From Eledone cirrhosa (Eukaryota): a stretch of 64,000 bases of DNA. Positions 63,901 to 64,000 of this stretch are shown here, piece by piece. The stretch covers positions 297,290,001-297,354,000 of the forward strand of contig OZ024742.1 of the NCBI GenBank assembly GCA_964016885.1, given 5' to 3'. The notes beneath the pieces were generated by a model. That model worked only from the letters and a program-made list of their open reading frames with translations. It had not been told where the DNA came from and searched no databases. A program made the position numbers and the translations under genes. Within the stretch, counting starts at the first letter, position 1; each line of letters begins with the position of its first letter.

Positions 63901-64000
63901 AAAATCTTTTATTGTATATATATATGTGTATGTATATATATATGTATATATATATATATATGTGTGCGTATGTATATATATGAATATATTCTTTTAATAA

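Overview
AT-rich, microsatellite-dense eukaryotic non-coding DNA. The repeat content (RTE LINEs, tRNA-SINEs, (TA)n/(CA)n/(CAT)n) resembles a cephalopod, probably Octopus; this is an inference. No host exon is recognisable. Protein-coding content is retroelement-derived apart from one Tc1/mariner remnant: an intact RTE LINE ORF (42333-45452, minus), a decayed Ty3/Gypsy element (21691-24959, minus), a decayed Naiad-like Penelope element (about 61640-62947, plus) and many LINE fragments. The most interesting signal is a set of small non-coding elements in (TA)n/AT-rich targets that carry type-I hammerhead ribozyme (HHR) motifs. I count about 8 distinct HHR sequences plus one half-HHR, including U3-A8 core variants. 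Several share one architecture: an inverted, sometimes circularly permuted copy joined to a 318-518 nt monomer with terminal redundancy. In one element the junction falls on the predicted self-cleavage site. In another the whole unit has an 18-bp TSD and its ribozyme is split by the Gypsy insertion. These look like retrozyme-like or Penelope-pLTR-derived RNAs, with the Naiad-like family as a candidate helper. All structures were folded by eye and are untested.
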